Below, piece by piece: positions 37,701-50,294 of a stretch of DNA of 64,000 nt (the stretch's first letter is position 1; each line of letters begins with the position of its first letter). Below the pieces are notes generated by a model. It did not search any database and was not told the origin of the DNA. It saw nothing but the letters and a program-made list of their open reading frames with translations. The stretch covers positions 372,001 to 436,000 of the forward strand of contig NW_020846122.1 of the NCBI RefSeq assembly GCF_003704095.1, read 5' to 3'. A program made the position numbers and the translations under genes. Source of the DNA: Pocillopora damicornis (taxonomy: Eukaryota).

Positions 37701-37877
37701 GTTTTCAAACACATCTTGTCATTCTCTTCACAGATATACCCAGTACCAGATGTTGCCCTACCTTCATCTCCTACGTCCAGTGTGTCTTCGTCCTCTGGTG
37801 GAGTTCCCCCGGAATATTTCCATATGGACCATTTGTTGGAATCTTTAGATGATGACGGAACAAGTGAAAGTAGCTGA
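31729..37877 (+). CDS. BTBD7: BTB/POZ domain-containing protein 7 (two BTB domains plus BACK; 727 aa, 7 coding exons)
   Basis: BTBD7-typical motifs: TLKKKL..., DHGKMLRELTQTWTVQEINALVEEYE, FHVHKAILTCRCPYF, LGEEFGTPNVLEQDL, CHKAVLCARSHYFRSLL, HGSDWVYRQAMHFLQEEF, SDFLQA, FVRPRLFLPYFEEAK, MPDTLYMV. Exons 31729-32803, 33442-33650, 34208-34283, 35475-35758, 36872-37136, 37496-37626, 37734-37877, all phase-consistent. Confidence 0.94.
36519..36842. repeat. Minisatellite, ~88-bp unit, ~3.7 copies, in a BTBD7 intron
   Basis: Unit gaaatttcagctaaggtggttgt...aagatcccattgcgctcgaattaa...ccttccgttttgtacgccggcta starting at ~36519, 36606, 36694 and 36783. Confidence 0.9.
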
Positions 37878-38803
37878 CACTATGTGGTTAAAACTCAAAT
37901 TGCCGTCATTTTTAACCAGCAACCAAATTAATATTGTCTCTTACTTTTCAACAAGTATTCCCAATCCTTGTCAAGATAAATTTAACCAAAGGTGTTATCT
38001 TGTGACACTCGAGTGAATCCTGCTGGACTCCGATTGTTCGTCGAGCTCGGTTCTTAAACTTTGAAAGCCCTTGAAAACAGAATAATATCCTTTATTCAAC
38101 AATATTGAACAAAGATTGCGGATATTGTATGCAGCGACAATCGGGAAAAAAAAACCGTGATTCCATACATCTACTGATTGACGAGATTTGACTCGATTGT
38201 CTTGCCCAACAACTGACGCAAATTTAGGGGAAGTGATAACCTTTTGGTTTTAAAATTAATAATTTCATTTCCAGGTCTAAAAATTTGCATGCCATAGGCA
38301 CTGACTGGAATGGATTTTTGTAAGAAGAACAAACCAGAAATATTTCGATGTAAGATTAAAAAAGTGAGTCTTTAGAGAGGCCGCGGAAGTCGTAGAATCC
38401 TGAGAGATATGTGATTCATATGTACCTTCTTATCAAAAAAATGTACCTTCTTATCAAACAAACAGGTAACAAGCAAACTTATCTGGTAGAAGTTGTTATC
38501 CTGATCTGACACCAAATCCTCGTAACTTATTTACTAGAAAATGTGTACCAGCTAGTGAGGAGAATTAACCATCAGATCTTGGGTATCAAAATGGTAAGGC
38601 TCTGCAGTCCCACAGAAACTTTGATTTCCGTTTAATAAGTCAGGCAGTAGTTAGCTTGCCCGTGAAACCAGGCCACTTTGAGAGGTCTCATTCGCGAGCT
38701 GGCAGGACAAGACATCAATGTGTCTGAGAATGTACTTGATCTTTTTAACTTAAAAACAAAGTTATTATCATGTCAATATTTCAGTTTCGTATGAAAACTT
38801 TGT

Positions 38804-38936
38804 ATCAATGTTAGTATCTGAGCAACTGTCCACCTACCCCTCCCCTAACCCAGCATCGACCCTAAATTGTTAGCAAGTGACTGTCGTTGGGTTAGGGGAG
38901 GGGTAGGTGCGAAGTTGCTCAGATACTGACATTGAT
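38804..38936. mobile_element. Fold-back (hairpin) MITE
   Basis: atcaatgttagtatctgagcaact...cctacccctcccctaaccc pairs with gggttaggggaggggtagg...agttgctcagatactgacattgat. Confidence 0.8.
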
Positions 38937-41900
38937 TCAAAGTTTGACAATGTGGTAAAGAGAGTAAACACAGGTTGAATTGGTAAATTGAACGTGGTCG
39001 GGGCTTCTTCGCTTAGCTATTTACACTTCACTTATTTTTATAGTTTTGTATTGTTATTTTTCATATTTGTCGTTGATTACTTTCTGAAGACATTTTAATA
39101 TTGCTACTAAATCCTACAATATCTTAAAAATTTAGAGGGTATGCATGGATTTAAAAAAAATTGAACGTCATGAAAATCAATAAAAATATGCATATCGAAG
39201 AATTTTTTTCTTTTGCTTTTTAGCATTTTAGCGTTGTTTTCTCACGGAATATCTTGTTAGTGTTCCTAATGCATTGTTTTGGTACAGAAGACGAACCCAG
39301 TAGATTTCAGTCATTTCAGTTGCCTTCTAGATATTCGTATGCTTCTCAATATCTCGTAATATGTCGGTTGAAACCATAACTGTCCATCGTGGTTACTGAC
39401 ACTTAGAAATGTTTTCTTTGAGTTTGACGCTAACACGTTTGGGAATTGCAGGGGTCTCGACAATGGTGACTTTTTCCATAATGAGCGCTGCTGTTGGTGA
39501 GGGAGCGGCTGTGCCGTAAGTCGAAATTCAAACACGAGAGTTTGTTCACACGCAGGATTGTACTCTGAAAGATCAATCCAGTAAATCTGATCGAGATTTG
39601 TAAATGAATGCACAGGCTCTCACCAACTTTCAAGAACAAAATTATATCGCGTTCCGAGTAAAAGTAAAGAGGAAAGAAAATAGAAAAAGGGATTGAGACT
39701 GAATTCCTAATGCAATTAGAATAGTTTTGACTATTTTACTTCAACCGAAAGCAGTATTTTTGATAATATGGAGTCGTTATAATTTACTCTTGGACGTAAT
39801 CATTATTGTTTCACTCGGCTATTTTTTCCTGAGCATAGTTTGCATTTTCGCCGTCGTTTATGCTTACAGTTTATCGATCCAGAAGAGTTGGCGGTTTCCC
39901 CATATTGATGTCGACCACAAATTTGATTTCTTCAGGGGCGCAACAACCCCAGCATGACGCCATGTTTGTAGAGTTCAGAGGGCATTGCGCGTTTTTATCG
40001 ATTTGATATTTTAACTACAGCTACACACCAAGTTAGGGAATTAAGACGTTGAATTCAGTTTAAGCAATGGAGACCAAACCAATAAAGTAATTAGCCGTAG
40101 AAGTAAACGCGTTAGTAGTCAGTTCAAATGTCATCAGCATATATAGCTTTGTCTTTTTTGCCTGCCGCACACAATTGGCGTCCCTTTTTTTTAGAGAAAA
40201 ATACTACCTAAAAAGGCCGGTAAGGCGGCGGAAAAAAGATTTCATAAAACTCAACATAGAAAAGAGAATGAAAAAGACTGACATGGACCGCAAAAGACAA
40301 ACATGAGCATTTTACATCACTGATTTATTTCAGTCACGGACGCAAACAATCGTGGAGAGTAACCCCTTCGCACGAACGCTATTTTTTTAGACTTTTAATA
40401 CAAAAAATGGCATGGAAAGAAAAAAAATATACATCTTCGTTCTCTTTTGTTGTAATTCTTATCCTGCGTTTCCAACAAAGTTTTGTATGAGGGTTGTAGA
40501 TTAATTGACTGGCTTCGGAATGGAAAATTGTTTTTTTTTTTAATTACCATTAGTTTTTTCTTGAACTAAAAATGGAAAACCTAAAGCAAAACGTATTGGG
40601 AAATTAGACGTAACAAGGTATGAAGAAAGGAAAAGACGTGATTCGTAGGAGGAAGTTATTCGTGAAAGGATGTGATTCGTGATCGTGAAGGTTACGTTAT
40701 GCGAAAAATACAAGACAAACGTGAGATGAATTACACAATTTAGGACACGGTTGATCAAGATTGTCACGTCTCAGTAATAACCGTAATCAAACGACACAGA
40801 GGCAATATTCGAGTTTTCTTAAATTACCAACTCTACAGGAGTAACAATATTACAATAGGAAAGTTTCAACAACATCTTAGTTCCACAAGTTTTTACAACC
40901 TGGCATAACTCAAATGAAACTTGCTAACAAATATTTCCCTTAGTTTGCGCGAGAGTAAATTCTAACTTTAAAGTTACGTTTACATAGTAACGAATGTTAA
41001 TGGTAAACATCCAACTACAAACTTTATATTTCCAATATCCAAATATTGTGTTTGGAATGAACTAGAACCAAAATTTGATTATTCGATATGGCACATCTTT
41101 GGAGAACTACTTAGCAATATTTTTCAACTTTAAGTGACCTCTGATTTAGTTTCCGTGCCATACATAGGGAGGTTCTTATTTAGTAATTACCGCGCTGAGT
41201 GCACCGTGAGTGAGAATGATCTTCTCACGATCGTGTATCGACAAAGGATTATAAATAAAAAGTATCTTTTGTACATAGGAAGAAATTTAAATAATGGAGA
41301 CCTCAATCTACCTTGGGAAAAATAGTCACAATAATATTCACGGCCATAAAACAATAAGGAATAATTTAAAGATAATGGCTAATGCCAAACAGTCATTTCC
41401 GTTGTCCATTACGAAGATTCTAACCGAATCATAATCATGCGATGCTATCGGAAAAAGTCAGTTGATTTTTATCTGTTCCGGGAAATGATTTTTAACTCAA
41501 TTATAATAAAACTTTACATTACGAAACATAGTGATTTAGGTTAAATTTGCAGTTAAATTTTCGATGATTCCACGACAGCTTTCGCGAAAACACAGCAGAC
41601 GTTTTCCTTTAAGATCACGGCAGATAATTCGCTAATGATAGAGTTGTTTAACAACGGATTTCCATTATTGACGATGGCAGTAAGACAAGTTTTAAGTACT
41701 GAAAGCGTAAAACTGATATATGTTTGAACAAATATTAAAATTAAGAAATTCGGACCACGCGATTATTTTTTTCCTAACGCAGCGAGAACCGCTTTGTTTT
41801 CACGCAGAAAGGAAACACTTTCAAACATAGCAGCTGGACAAATAATGACATTTATCAAAATCAGCGAGATAAGCCTTTCGTAATCTGCTTTTTCTATTCT

Positions 41901-42229
41901 CCGAACCCTCGCTGGACATCAAAAGAAAAGCAAAGATCTTATCTCTAACGATCTTAGGCCAAAAAAGTCTTGAAATATTTGTTTCCATGCCCTTGCAATC
42001 TACAGACGGTAAATATCGAGAAAAAACATCGAGCAACTTGAACCTGCTATACTATAAACCATTCTATCCTGCTTCACAGCTATAACGGATATTGGGAATA
42101 AATCGCATTCATCTTCTTGTTACGCTAATTTGTCCTCGATTAGTTCATATTCATCGCTCGTTTCTAATCGACGAAGGAGGTCTTCATTTCCAAAGAATAA
42201 TCTTTACAGCAGTCCTTGGCCAAAACAAG

Positions 42230-43819
42230 TTAATGAAATGCAGCAGGCATACTGAAAATTCTTTGCTCTGGGAGACCTCGCTTGGTTTTCTTATAATCAT
42301 AGCCTTCGCTCTTTGTTCTTGCTCTTTTTTCCGCAATAAGGGAAGCAGGATCCTCCGTCAGGATGTTATATCCGTCTTTTGATTTCTCAACCTTCCGATT
42401 CCCTGAGGCATCAGAGTCACCGTTGGTCATGATGGGTGAATATCCCTCATTTGCAAATCTAACAAGGTTATCGCCGTTCTTTGCTCGGTTTTTTTTCGGT
42501 GAAGATTGCGAAAAGTCAGTGAAGACTTCGTCAGGATCCATGGTCTTTTTATAGCGTACTAACTCAATGACTTCTGTCGAGCCACTGCCTTTATAACAGT
42601 CAACATCAGTGAGTGATCTAAAACGCCGCCCAATAATATTATTTACTGACAAGGAGCTACTTTGCGTTGACTCTTTCGTCGACTCCTCTTCCTTCTTGGA
42701 TGAATTTTTCGGTTTTTTATTTTCATCTCCCTTAGTACCATGAAAACCGCCCCGTCTGGTAAACACGTTCTGCGCCTCTCGTATTCGCCTGGCCCCGTTC
42801 GCCGCCACGTTTTCTCCGTGCGGGCTTTTCTTTCCGCGTTGCGCAGCGTTCACGCTCCACGTGAACATGTCTTTGCAGCCGGCTCGAAACTTCCCGTTAA
42901 AAAGCGCGTAAATAAAAGGATTGCAGATGCTGTTACACAATCCCAACGAATACGTAATAAGTCGCACATAATCCACATGACTCGTGGTACTTTTCACGGT
43001 CCATTCAATCGCACTAATATAAATCAACAACGGCAGCCAGGTGACAAGAAAAACTAGAATAACCGTTAGGAACATTTTCAGTACCTTCTTACGGCTGCGG
43101 ATGAAAGCCTCCACCGGACGCGAGTCTCCTAGCTGGCCACTCTTCCTTCTCCAAACTGTCCGGTAGATTTTTCCGTATAGGACGATTAAGGTAGCCAAAG
43201 GGAACAAATACCCAAACAACCCGAGGAACATCACGTAAATGAGACCAGGTAAAGTAGTAGCAGGAATGGTTGCACAATAGGTGAAGGTCTCGTTTGTGTT
43301 GGGATCCAGAGGAGCGTCCTTTAACACAGTCAAATACAAGCTTGGCGACACGACGAGAAGCGCGTAGACCCAAGCGCCGAGAATCAGCTTATTCGCTGTG
43401 CCATATGACATGATATTTAATGGATGCACAACAGCTTGGTGGCGATTCCATCCGATTGTGATGAGCAAAGTCATGGACGCTTCAGGCGACAGGTACTGGA
43501 AAAACCTGGCGACCTTACAAATGGGCAAACTGTAGCTTTTCATTCCGATGCCTTCTTTAAAGTTGACCACCAAAAACAACGGGATAGCGACAGTGCTCAC
43601 AATCAAATCGCTGATTGCTAGATGAAGTATGAAGCGGTTCATCACAGAACGCATCTTTTTCGCTCGTAAAATAACTGCGACTACAAGTCCATTACCCAAA
43701 AGTCCCACCACAGCAGCGACACCGAGACACGTTAAGATTGCGATCTTGAATCCTTCATCGTGCTTTTGGATACCGGCATGTTCGTGACTTATGTTTGTCT
43801 CACTTCTCAAATCAGCCAT
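42230..43819 (-). CDS. Class A (rhodopsin-like) GPCR, neuropeptide-receptor-like; uninterrupted CDS, 529 aa
   Basis: Seven hydrophobic segments with GN (TM1), LAISD (TM2), TM3 Cys (ICK), NRH at the DRY position, TM4 W, YLFP (TM5), TWLP (TM6), CNPFIY (TM7), helix 8 FNGKFRAGC and a long Ser/Lys-rich C-tail. Confidence 0.95.
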   Translation of the reverse strand: MADLRSETNISHEHAGIQKHDEGFKIAILTCLGVAAVVGLLGNGLVVAVILRAKKMRSVMNRFILHLAISDLIVSTVAIPLFLVVNFKEGIGMKSYSLPICKVARFFQYLSPEASMTLLITIGWNRHQAVVHPLNIMSYGTANKLILGAWVYALLVVSPSLYLTVLKDAPLDPNTNETFTYCATIPATTLPGLIYVMFLGLFGYLFPLATLIVLYGKIYRTVWRRKSGQLGDSRPVEAFIRSRKKVLKMFLTVILVFLVTWLPLLIYISAIEWTVKSTTSHVDYVRLITYSLGLCNSICNPFIYALFNGKFRAGCKDMFTWSVNAAQRGKKSPHGENVAANGARRIREAQNVFTRRGGFHGTKGDENKKPKNSSKKEEESTKESTQSSSLSVNNIIGRRFRSLTDVDCYKGSGSTEVIELVRYKKTMDPDEVFTDFSQSSPKKNRAKNGDNLVRFANEGYSPIMTNGDSDASGNRKVEKSKDGYNILTEDPASLIAEKRARTKSEGYDYKKTKRGLPEQRIFSMPAAFH

Positions 43820-45080
43820 CTCTAGGGAACCTTGTCCTTCTTGATACTACGATGGCGCCAGCGTTTTTGGTTTGTTTTGTCTCCCAGGGGTGCACGTGTA
43901 GTTATTTAGGGTCTACCTTGCGCGTGATGTGACCGGAGCGAAATGTTTGACCAACCTATGGACTTTGGATGAGTTCACGTAGAGCTTAAAACGTTACCAG
44001 ATGTAACCTGTACTAATCTTCACAACATAAACACGTCGTAAATCGATCTCAAGTTACAGTCTGCTAATTTAGAACTGTTCCATTTCGTCTACTTTTACGT
44101 GACTCGAGAGATAGTCGGCGATTAGAAAAGTAAATCGATTGGTTGACCCACTAAGGTCTTTGTTGACCCACGTTTTCCACGATAATCTGGGAAAACGATA
44201 ATGACCTCAGCGCTTCTTGCGGCATTTACATTCAAATATCAAATATGTTACGACTTCAAATATGCCAGATTCGATTCACTTCACTGCATAAACCGCACAA
44301 AAGATTCAATGAGGTGTTACATGAACAGCGTAGGAGCACGCTTTCAAAGTTTCCTAAAGCTCAACTTTCTAGGTGCTAATATCGAACAAAAAGTGCAATT
44401 TTTTCAGCGATGTTGTCTTTTTGTTAAGACGGAGTTTGTTGCACTGACCAAAATAGCTTGCAATTTATTGTTTTACGGCTCGCCTTTAATCGCTCTCTCC
44501 CTGATTGGGTAATGTTCCTTTAATGACGTTTTATTGTAAATTTTAAAAAAATTTGCAACTCAAATAATCGACAAAAGACAGAGTTTGGTTTTAGTTATTG
44601 TTCATTTATTTTCACAAGATACTTCTTCAAGGGTTTTGACCGAAAAATGATAAAGTTATCCGCATTTACCAGTAGACAGGAGAAGGTAAGATCAAGTAGG
44701 GTTCTTTTAAGTATGTAAAATGCTTGGAAAAAACCCAAAAGCGAAATTAATTACCAAAAATATATAATCGCCAAATCAGCAGGTGTTGTACGTAGAACCA
44801 TTAATTACGCAAACACTATAACGGTTGTCAAAAAGCTTAACTTGATTCGTTTAGCAATACTGACAAAAAAATATTTTTACGAACGTGGCGTTTTTCCTTT
44901 TTTTGAGTCCCGCGATCTTTTCAAACATGCAAGACCCCTTCGTCACGAAACAAAGCTTTTCGAGAAAAAAATAAACCTCAAACAAAATCTTTCAAGAGTT
45001 GTTTGCAATAAAACGACTAATTTCGCGAAAGGCGTTAAGTTTCCAGTGTTAATATCGAGTTTGGCTCTCACCAACCGACA

Positions 45081-45344
45081 AAACAATTGAATGATGATTG
45101 GGGGAGTTCTCGATGTGCTATCATATTGTGATTCCACACAAACAGGATCCTATAAATGAGCTCCTGACAGAACTTATTGTTAGCTATATTCCTTGATTGC
45201 TCTTCTACGAAGAGTTAAACAATTGAATAATGATTGGGGGAGTTGTCGAGGAGGTATCATATCGTGATTCCACACAAACAGGAGCCCATAAATGAGCTCC
45301 TGACAGAACTTATTGTTCACCGCGTGATGTTCCTTGATTGTTCT
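45081..45344. repeat. Tandem duplication, 136-bp period, 2 copies
   Basis: aaacaattgaat.atgattgggggagtt...gattccacacaaacagga...ataaatgagctcctgacagaacttattgtt at 45081 and 45217. Confidence 0.9.
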
Positions 45345-45828
45345 CAGATGGATAAATTAAATTGTGGACGGATGTTGTGTAAAGGAAGGGTTTTAACATG
45401 ATGCGTCACGATTATGGACCATAATGACTCATCAGTGAAACGTTAAGTTTCTAGTGCCACATAACATTTTTCTCCGCTTCTCAAGGAGCAACGAGTTATG
45501 TTAACCATCAGAACCAGGATCCCCGTTTAGGTCTTTAGATTGAGATGGATATTCCATTGAAAAGGGTGACAAAATCAAAAAAAAAAAACTAAACTGAGTA
45601 AATAACTAAAATTGTACAGAAACAGTTTCTTTAAGAAGTATTTTTGTAATAAAAATTTATCTTAAACGATGGCATTACAAAACAATTGCAGTTCCCGATT
45701 CTGACCGTGTTTTACATTGAACCTCGGCAGGCGCGTTTGCAAGTTGGCTTGTATTCTCTTTAAAATCTCCCGAGACTGAATTATCGTGAGTATAGCGCTA
45801 TTAAGCACAAATATAACAAAATAAACAT

Positions 45829-46082
45829 GGTAATTTGTCGTTAACAACTGAGTTGATTACTCAAATTAGCTACTGTAAAGAGTTTCTAAAGCTGACGTTT
45901 CGTGTTAGCCTAGCCCTTCGCTATTACGAAGGCGTCAGTAACGCTCGAAACGTCAAATTTAGAAACTCTTTACAGTGGCCAATTTACACTATCAGCTCAG
46001 TGGAGAGAAGTTAGCCAAATTATCTTGTAATATACTCTACCAAAGCAGCACCACAGTTTCTCTAGAAACTTACCCCCTTTAT
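45829..46082 (+). mobile_element. Palindromic Penelope-like-derived repeat (hammerhead family)
   Basis: Inverted arms gtaaagagtttctaaagctgacgtttcg / cgaaacgtcaaatttagaaactctttac plus the family tail. Confidence 0.7.
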
Positions 46083-47014
46083 TAAAATAATACAGAAGTG
46101 TATATGAGTGTGGTTTACTTCGTTTTGAAACCTATTATAACAAAATCGGCGACTGCGATGGCAGGCCTGATTTCCAAAATTATTTCGGAATTATAAAAAA
46201 CTAAACTGTTATATGATGTGGGAAAAGGAATAATTTCCAAGAAACATTTAATTTCTGAGAGCAGGCTCTGTTGTGACACGACAAACATGCAACACCAAGA
46301 ATTATCAGCATAAATTAAACGAAAACGAGAAGAGAAGATTATTAAAGAGTAAAACCAAAGATGATAGCTTTAGAAAACAAGGTTTCTTTTTACTCGGATT
46401 CTCAGCTTTTGATGATAAGTAGAAATGTTTGGACAATACTTACAAGTCATATGTTACAGGCCTGGAGCGAATGAGTCCTGAAGAAAATAAAATGAGCCTT
46501 CAGCAATTGGATGCTAAGCTAGGTCGTTCTATGGTGAAAGATGTTTATTCATTTGTAAATATAATTTTTGATAAATCTTATTCGCTCTTAGGCTCCTCCT
46601 TTGAAGCTAGACCTGCGGGTAAATATAAAATTTTGGACTTCAAGCAGGACAGGAAACTGTCTTATTTAGCTTATGATTTGTTCCAATAGCATTACTGTTT
46701 TCAAAAAGTAATCTCAAAAACGTGGAGAAAAATCTGATTTCCTCGTTACATTCAAGCCTCAGACCTTTGATTAGCAATCAGGGCCACGACCACTGAGCGT
46801 CACGGCAATAAGTAAGAACTCAATTACTCTGATAGTCGTATCCCGAGAAAAACGAACTCCTACGCAGCCCTAACTAATGAGATAAAATCATTGATTGCAG
46901 CATCACCAATGGTGTCATAAAGGACAGGAAAAAAGCTCTCAGCGGAAAATGATATGCCCAAATGGTGTATTCATACTGATTACAGCACCCAATTAAAAGG
47001 TTAAAAGTTTTTAC

Positions 47015-47055
47015 CTTAGAAAAGTAAAATTGATATATCCACGATTGCTGCTTCG
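47015..47055 (-). other. Putative 5'-UTR exon of the GPCR gene
   Basis: Minus strand has a long polypyrimidine tract ttttttcctcttgctttatcctttacag, a 41-nt exon and donor AAG|gtaaaa. There is an upstream donor CAG|gtgggc at 47156 and a downstream acceptor cgttttcccag at 44186 ahead of the GPCR ATG. Confidence 0.4.
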
Positions 47056-48649
47056 CTGTAAAGGATAAAGCAAGAGGAAAAAAACTTTGAGTAGGCCGGT
47101 AAAAGAGGAAATACATTAATATAAAATTTCCGTTTCGTGATTTCGACTCGCCCACCTGCTCTAGCTGATTTGTTCTACAGCTCAATTATATTGTGACATG
47201 GAAACAGGTCACGTGCCAATAACTCTTCACGGTTAGAAGTGTTTATTATGAAAAAGGAAGTGTTGTCATAGAAGGTCATCGTGCGTCAGCATTGTTTCTT
47301 TAACATTATAATTTTGTGTTTTTAGTGGCGGATCGCAGTAAAGGGTATTCTAGATAAAAAAAGAGAGATTTTCATTCACGGCCAAGGCATTGAATTCAAG
47401 TGAACAAATCCTATTTCATTTGCGATCAAATATCTGTTGCTTCATGAAGTTCGCCGTTGAATCTACAAAGACGAAATCATCTGCTACTTCATCATGTATT
47501 CAATCCTCCCACCAAAATTCCAAACGCATTAGAGCAATTAGTACCTTTTGTGATTTTATTTTGACTCAATATCTTGACCATGGGAAAGAAATGTACATTT
47601 GAAAGATGATGTTATTTAGTGAATCACTCAAGCATACTTGGATAAAAAGAACTCAGAGTGCTCCCAAAGAGAGTTGAAAGCTACTATGACCTTCCGACAA
47701 GATGTTATGAACAGTTTATAGTCTCTACCTTCTGATAAGTCCTTCAGATGCTCTAGTAATCCGAAGGTCGCAGGTTTGAGTCCAATCGAGAGCATTCGTT
47801 GATCTTTTTCTCCGAGTATGCCTGTCATTCACTGAATAACATTATCATCTTTCACTTATCAGCACGCTCAAAATTTACCATCTTGAAAATTACATTTATC
47901 CACACAAGTGCGATGAACCTGCTTATAAATGCGGCGAAAGAGACGCAGTTTACAGAGGTTCACAAGATTTGTAACTTCTACACTGGTGTTCTACCTGTAT
48001 AAGCTAACACTCCAGATCACAGTTTAGCGCTTTAATTACGCGCAGTAATTACTATTTTCTAAGGCGTAGAGGACAATTCACATTGAATGATGTGACCAAA
48101 AAGTGATAAGTAGAGGAAATACTAAATGCTCTTACACTCGAAAAAAACATAAACAAAACAGAACCGAAACAGCGCAAACGAACACAAAATATCAGTAAAA
48201 CCTTCGTTGCGACAAACAATGCTTGAGTTCAGTAATGTAGATAAACCACATCTGTACAAGTTTGTTTTCAAGTCACTGCCAAATCATACACCTTAAATAT
48301 CTGACATTCCTCTTCTTGAACTCGAATCAATTTGCGCGTCGTTTGAGAGGTGAGAAAAAAGAAAAATCAGAGTAAGTTCTGGATAGGCCCTATTCGGATA
48401 ATGAACAATCCGCAGAAGCCATTTACTTAGGTTCCAGCCATCCGAGTATTAAAATCCATATTCAATAGTCCTAAACGTGTAGTACAAAACTGAAAAGTAT
48501 AGACACATTTTACGATGACTCACCCACTCACCCTGACCAGACAGACTACTCGAGTAAGAGGAATCAGCCACCGTAAAGAGTTTAAAAGCTACACCAATTT
48601 AAGTTATTAACTCAGTTGATAATACTAAATTACCCTGTTATCTGTTATA

Positions 48650-48681
<32 letters not shown>

Positions 48682-50113
48682 TTACTCGGGTAAAGGGGTA
48701 AGGAGGGGGAGGGGGAAGAGACGAATAGAACATGGTCAGCGATTAAATTTTTATAGATTAACTTTGCCAGTGATCCCGCCGCAGTGTCTAGATAAAGCCT
48801 TAATTTTAATAAGCTATGGTTAAATGCCAGAATTTTAACACGGGATTATAAACTATCTCTGGTTAATTATTTTAAAAGCCGGTCACCGGCGGCCAAACGC
48901 CGCCCGTAAGACCTCTTATCGGAGTCTATTAACCCCTTGACTCCTAAAGGGTAAGAGGCTTTACGGTCCCTTTTCTGGACGCAACCGCCTATTACATCGT
49001 TAGCTGCAACCGTTTATGGAAAAATTTATTGAAATCGCTGCAGTTATGTGGCATTTAGTCAGTTTTCGCAACCAGTCTTTATTAAAGGTTGATGACGAAT
49101 ATTTTACGATTTAAGTTGTATTACATTTAATCCACCGCATGCGTCATTGACCGAAGGGAATGTCACGTACATAGTCATCGCGCGAAACACAAGGTCACCT
49201 TTGATCTTTAGACGAAGTTGGTTCAGCCATGTGTGACGTCGCAATACTGAGACGAATTCAAAATGACAACAATTAACAGGATACAGGTCACGATACTAAG
49301 ACACGTAGGAACATGAGGACAAAAAAAACATTTCCTTAGAGAAAAAAACATCAAAAAATGGGGACAATGACTCAGCAGTAGCGTAGGAATGTGCCTCGTC
49401 AACCGTAACGTTTCCTTGCAAACCCCTCTGTCAATCCAACATGCTCTTCACGTCACGTAACACGCGCATGGGTTGAACAAAATCACGCATAACGTTTCAC
49501 GCGTACGCTTTATTTCACTTGCTCTATGCAAAACTACGAAAGGCTCTCTAGTTTCTCCTAATAACAAATGAACTTAGCGGTAAGTAAAATTTACTGAAAC
49601 TTTTACTCTTTATAACGCACACATATCGTGACAAGTACCCCCTTGCCAGCGCACCTTTTCATTTTGTATTACTTAAGTCACACACAATCACTTGCGGTTG
49701 GCCGTCGGGAGACATCCCGAAGAACACCTGTTGGGCTGAAGATTAATTAATTTCCTATTGTTGTATTTTTGTTAAATTTCTTTGAACTCAGTGTGAACTG
49801 CAAAAACAACTTACGGAAATTTGACTCCAGGTTATAATAAACTATTCACGACGGGGAATGACCGAAAACGAATTTCTCCTCACAATATGAACTAGTTGTC
49901 AAGCGAAGAAGGTGACGAGGAGAGATCAATTTATTGTTTCAAATATTTTTTTTATTTAACATTAAGTTCTTAAAACTAAGAAGTAAGAAATGTGTGCAGA
50001 CAGTGACGGAGAATTGATATCTAGATGACTAACGTGGTGAATGAAGATTGATGAATGAGGGAAATCAACTCAAGCGATTAATTATTCCAAGCGCTAAAAC
50101 AATAAAGCTTCTA

Positions 50114-50127
50114 GTCGCCCTGACAAC
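50114..50127 (+). promoter_or_regulatory. RFX X-box-like motif upstream of the RGS22-like gene
   Basis: GTCGCCCTGACAAC, a 14-bp imperfect palindrome of X-box type, ~170 bp upstream of the predicted ATG. Confidence 0.5.
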
Positions 50128-50294
50128 AGATCCCACAAAAGCATAGCGGCAGACTCGCGGGGCAATGATGGTCTGAAAGTTAACTAGGAAAATTACAATT
50201 ATGAATTTGTTGAGGGAAAGCGACTCAGGCTGAGGAAATATGAGCGAATCCTTCAACAGAAGTTTCGCGACGAGCAGAGGAAAGATCACTTATC

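Noticed and set aside
42363-43621. Short ORFs overlapping the GPCR
   Set aside because: Shadow ORFs of the GPCR CDS.
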